Shown: piece by piece, positions 56,832-64,000 of the stretch
Numbering within the stretch: the first letter of the stretch is position 1
How the letters are laid out: each line of letters starts with the position of its first letter
DNA from: an uncultured Spirochaetota bacterium
GTDB lineage: Bacteria > Spirochaetota > Spirochaetia > SZUA-6 > Fen-1364
Assembly (NCBI GenBank): GCA_963745235.1
Contig: CAVUXE010000073.1
Location: 1 to 64,000 of the forward strand
Direction: 5' to 3'
DNA length: 64,000 nt
Position numbers and translations under genes: made by a program
Notes under the pieces: generated by a model
The model's database searches: none
What the model saw: only the letters and a program-made list of their open reading frames with translations
Told to the model about the DNA's origin: nothing

Positions 56832-57931
56832 GCTTTCCCTCGTTCGACCGATGGGCCATCAGGTTCAAGCCTCTCTCCCAAAGGCAGAACAAGGTGATCG
56901 TTCCGAGGGACCTTGTTCTGCCGCAGGCCGCCGGGCGGGAGCTGTCTGGGCAACCCGCTGAAACTCTTCGGGAGGCGGCGGCGCGGATCAGGGCTGCGCG
57001 CTCCGCGGGACGGCCCGTTGTGTGCGCGTTCGGGGCCCACGCAATCAAGAACGGCCTCGGACCCGTGCTCACCGAGTTGATGTCGCGGGGATGGCTTACC
57101 CACCTCGCCACCAACGGCGCCGGGATCATCCACGACTGGGAGATCGCCTTCCAGGGCAAGACGAGCGAAGACGTGCGCGCAAACGTGGCACAGGGCGAGT
57201 TCGGCATCTGGGAAGAGACGGGACGTTACATCAACCTTGGCCTGCTTGTCGGAGCCTATGAGGGCATGGGGTACGGCCAGTCCATTGGAGCGCTCATTGC
57301 AAACGAAGGACTCCAGGTCCCTGAGGTGGAGGAGCTGCGCCTCTTCGCCCAGGAGCTGCTGCGGGAGGACCCCGACCGGGCGGCGGCAGCCGCGGACCTT
57401 CTTGCAGTCCTCGAAGCAGCGGGAGTTCCCGCGGGGTTCCTGAAGGTCCCGCATCCGTTCCGCCGCTACAGCGCCCAGGCAGCGGCCCGGGAGCTCCATA
57501 TCCCGTTCACGGGCCATCCCAGCATTGGCAACGACATCATCTACACCCATCCGTGGAACAGCGGAGGAGCAATCGGCCGCGCGGGGACACGTGACTTCCT
57601 GATCTTTGCCGCCTCCGTGAGCGGGCTTGAGGGCGGGGTCTATCTCTCGGTGGGATCGGCCGTCATGTCGCCGATGATTTTCGAAAAGGCGCTCTCCATG
57701 GCTCAGAACATCGCGCTCCAGCGCGGAGAGCTCATCCGCAACCACTACATCCTCGTGGTGGACCTCGCGGAGGCGCCCTGGGACTGGCTGCGCGATGGTG
57801 AGCCCCCTGCCGACAACCCTGCCTACTACCTGCGCTATTGCAAGACTTTTGCCCGCATGGGCGGCACAATGCGCTACCTTCGCGCAGACAACCGTGACTT
57901 CTTTCTCGCTCTCCTGCGCGAGCTGCGCTGA
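56828..57931 (+). CDS. Hypothetical protein, possible deoxyhypusine-synthase-like fold
   Basis: GAHAIKNG, ATNGAGIIHDWE, VGSAVMSP; ATGA coupling. Confidence 0.65.
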   Translation: MSFPSFDRWAIRFKPLSQRQNKVIVPRDLVLPQAAGRELSGQPAETLREAAARIRAARSAGRPVVCAFGAHAIKNGLGPVLTELMSRGWLTHLATNGAGIIHDWEIAFQGKTSEDVRANVAQGEFGIWEETGRYINLGLLVGAYEGMGYGQSIGALIANEGLQVPEVEELRLFAQELLREDPDRAAAAADLLAVLEAAGVPAGFLKVPHPFRRYSAQAAARELHIPFTGHPSIGNDIIYTHPWNSGGAIGRAGTRDFLIFAASVSGLEGGVYLSVGSAVMSPMIFEKALSMAQNIALQRGELIRNHYILVVDLAEAPWDWLRDGEPPADNPAYYLRYCKTFARMGGTMRYLRADNRDFFLALLRELR

Positions 57932-57982
57932 CAGCGGCTGCGGGCGCCGGAACCTGATGTCGGCGCCTGACACCAGCGGCAA

Positions 57983-61633
<3,651 letters not shown>

Positions 61634-61651
61634 GGACCTTCCGGCCAACGA

Positions 61652-63067
61652 ATGCAGACGTGGGAGTCCCTGGGCGCTCGAGCCATTCCCGACTGGTTTG
61701 ACGACGCGAAGCTGGGCGTCATGGTTTCCTGGGGACCCTACGCTGTGCCGGCCTGGGCGCCGTCCTCGGGAGACCATGCGAAGCTCGTGGCGGAGAACGG
61801 GTGGGAGCACAGCCTGGCCAACGACCCGCGCCCGGAGTGGTACGCGAACGGCATGCGCATTCCCGGCAGCCCCACGTGGGCGCATCACCGCTCAGCGTGG
61901 GGCAGGCTCGCCCGGTATGAATCCTTTGGACGGCTTTTTCGCCAGGGATTGAAAGCGTGGGAGCCGGCTCCTCTGGCAGACGCGCTTGCTGCCTCCGGGG
62001 CGCGGTATGTCATCGTTTCCGCCAAGCACCATGACGGATTCCTCCTGTGGCCCAGCAGGAAACGCAACCCGAAACGCCGCGAATGGCAGACCGTCATGGA
62101 CGTGGTCGGAACATTCGCTGAAACCACTCGGGAGAGGGGCATGCGGTTCGGGGTGTACTACTCGGGAGGCCTCGACTGGGCGTTTGGCGGCCTTCCCATC
62201 CGGAGCCTGGACGACCTGCTGGAGGCAATCCCGACCACCAGGACGTACGCGTCCTACGTGGATGCCCAGCTGCGCGAGCTGATCACGCGGTATCATCCGT
62301 CCATTCTCTGGAATGACGTGTGCAGCCCCGCCCGGGAAGACCTCCTGTCCCTTTTCGATTTCTATTACGATGCGGTCGAGGACGGACTGGTGAATGACAG
62401 GTTCGGGCAGTTCGATGCGGAGGAGAGCTCCGGCCTGGGTCGTCGCCTTTTCGAAACCCTCGAACGTGTGCTCCCCCTGGTGCGCAAACCTCTTTCCGTG
62501 CACGGTTCGGCCGCGCCGACTGCCCGTCACCTGGATTTCAAGACGACAGAGGACGAAGGCTCGCCCGCGGAGGATGAAGGGAAGTGGGAAAGAGTGCGGC
62601 CCATCGGCCTCCTGACGATCGAGGCGCTTGTGCATCTCCTCGTCGACACGGTGGCCCACGGCGGGAACCTGCTGCTCTGCGTCAGTCCGGGCGCCACCGG
62701 GATGGTTTCGGAGGACGTTGCCGGCCGGCTTCGCGGCCTCGGGGATTGGCTGAAGCACAACGGGGAAGCGATCTTTTCCTCCCGCAGCTGGGAGGTTACC
62801 GACGCCGTCACGGATGAGGGAGTCGACGTGCGCTACACCCGCAAGGGAATGACCGTCTATGCCATTCTCCTGGGGACCCCGGCCGGTCGTGCTTTCGTTC
62901 TCCCATCGTTGCGGCTCCTGCCCTACGCAAGCCTTCGCATCCTGGGGTCCATAGGCCACGCGGCCTGGTTTCAGGAAGGGAAGGACATCCAGGTGAGGCT
63001 CTCCGAGCCTCTTCGCGAATCTCCCGCCCATGTGATCAGCATCACTCCGGCTCCTCGGCTGACCTGA
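61652..63067 (+). CDS. GH29 alpha-L-fucosidase-like protein
   Basis: PDWFDDAKLG, KHHDGF, WND nucleophile, GGNLLL, NGEAIF. Confidence 0.85.
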   Translation: MQTWESLGARAIPDWFDDAKLGVMVSWGPYAVPAWAPSSGDHAKLVAENGWEHSLANDPRPEWYANGMRIPGSPTWAHHRSAWGRLARYESFGRLFRQGLKAWEPAPLADALAASGARYVIVSAKHHDGFLLWPSRKRNPKRREWQTVMDVVGTFAETTRERGMRFGVYYSGGLDWAFGGLPIRSLDDLLEAIPTTRTYASYVDAQLRELITRYHPSILWNDVCSPAREDLLSLFDFYYDAVEDGLVNDRFGQFDAEESSGLGRRLFETLERVLPLVRKPLSVHGSAAPTARHLDFKTTEDEGSPAEDEGKWERVRPIGLLTIEALVHLLVDTVAHGGNLLLCVSPGATGMVSEDVAGRLRGLGDWLKHNGEAIFSSRSWEVTDAVTDEGVDVRYTRKGMTVYAILLGTPAGRAFVLPSLRLLPYASLRILGSIGHAAWFQEGKDIQVRLSEPLRESPAHVISITPAPRLT

Positions 63068-63084
63068 TCAATTCTGGCCGTTCA

Positions 63085-64000
63085 TCAGAGACCCTGCAGC
63101 GTGTCGCCAAGCTCCGCGCAGCTGCGGGAAAAGACGTCGTACAGCTCCCCGTAGAGCTTCATCGTGTCCGGGTTCGGCATGTAGGTCTTCTGGAACCGGA
63201 CCATTGCCTCGCACGCGCCCGTCAGGCTGGCGTACTCCTCCATGCCGTAGAACCCGATGCACGCGTTCCCAACGAGGTCGGAGTCCTCCTGCTCAGGCAG
63301 AAGTACGTTCTTGCCCGTGATGTCCGCGCGGACCTGGCACCACAGGGGATGCCGGGCCTGCCCGCCGGAGACCCGCAGGTCCGTCACCGAGCAGCCGTTG
63401 CCCTCCATGGCGGCAATGATTGCGCGCACGGCAAACCCCGTGGACTCCACCACCGCTCGCATCATCTCCCGCCGCCCGTGCTCCAGCGTGAGCCCCAGGA
63501 ACGCACCCGTGAGCCGCTTGTCCCAGACCGGGAACCGCTCCGTCGTCAGGAAAGGGAGAAAGAGCAGCCTGCGGGCACCCGGCGCCGCGGCCTGCGCATC
63601 CTTCCACAGTGCCTCATAATCCGCCTTCCGCCGACAGAGAGTGCGCACCGCCCAGTCGAGGGCGGACCCGGAAGAGGAGATCATTGCCGACACGTTGTAC
63701 GCTCCGCGAATCACGTGCGGAAAGCACAGAAGCCGCCGGTCGTGCACGGGGACGGACCAGCAGAGGTTGATGCCTTCCGAGGTGCCCGCCCGGTCACAGG
63801 CGCGGCCAGCCGTAATGGCGCGCCGTCCCCAGGATGGACATGAGGTAGTCCGGCCCGCCCGCGATCACCGGAATCCCTGCGGGAATGCCGATGGCCTCCT
63901 GGGCTCGCTCGGACACGTCGCCCACGATCTCTCCCGGCTCCAGGTACGGCGGGAACTTCTCCGCATCCAGGTGCACCCTGGTTATCGCCTCGTCGTTCCA
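63085..64000 (-). CDS. FGGY-family carbohydrate kinase, 5' end outside window, frameshift ~63820
   Basis: AGGPD, GTSE, FLPF..ER.P.WD, SGGQA..W.QV.AD. Confidence 0.88.

Overview
High-GC bacterial chromosome segment, most likely from a free-living Spirochaetota (inference from the short ~595-aa AlaRS and spirochete-like hypothetical, TPR and AAA genes). The assembly has many single-base indels (alaS, clpB, PFOR and ABC genes are split), so most frameshifts are probably sequencing errors. Positions 1-7627 are mobile DNA: an unclassified DDE-type IS, then a visibly AT-richer integrative element. That element carries a large serine recombinase, an unannotated 58-aa Xis-like gene and two tandem paralogues of an unrecognised protein, the longer one cleanly interrupted by an IS5-family element. 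The rest is core or metabolic: two sugar-uptake loci that each include a UroD/MtaA-fold enzyme of unknown role, a STAND-like NTPase-TPR next to an AAA ATPase, hisB, alaS, an apparent EamA-PBP1C fusion, clpB, GH1, bacillithiol genes bshB1/bshC, kbl-tdh, an aminotransferase/SDR versus PfkB-HAD/DHS-like cluster, PFOR, GH29 and a partial FGGY kinase. Several genes look leaderless. No rRNA, tRNA or CRISPR array was seen. All family assignments are from motif recognition, not database searches.
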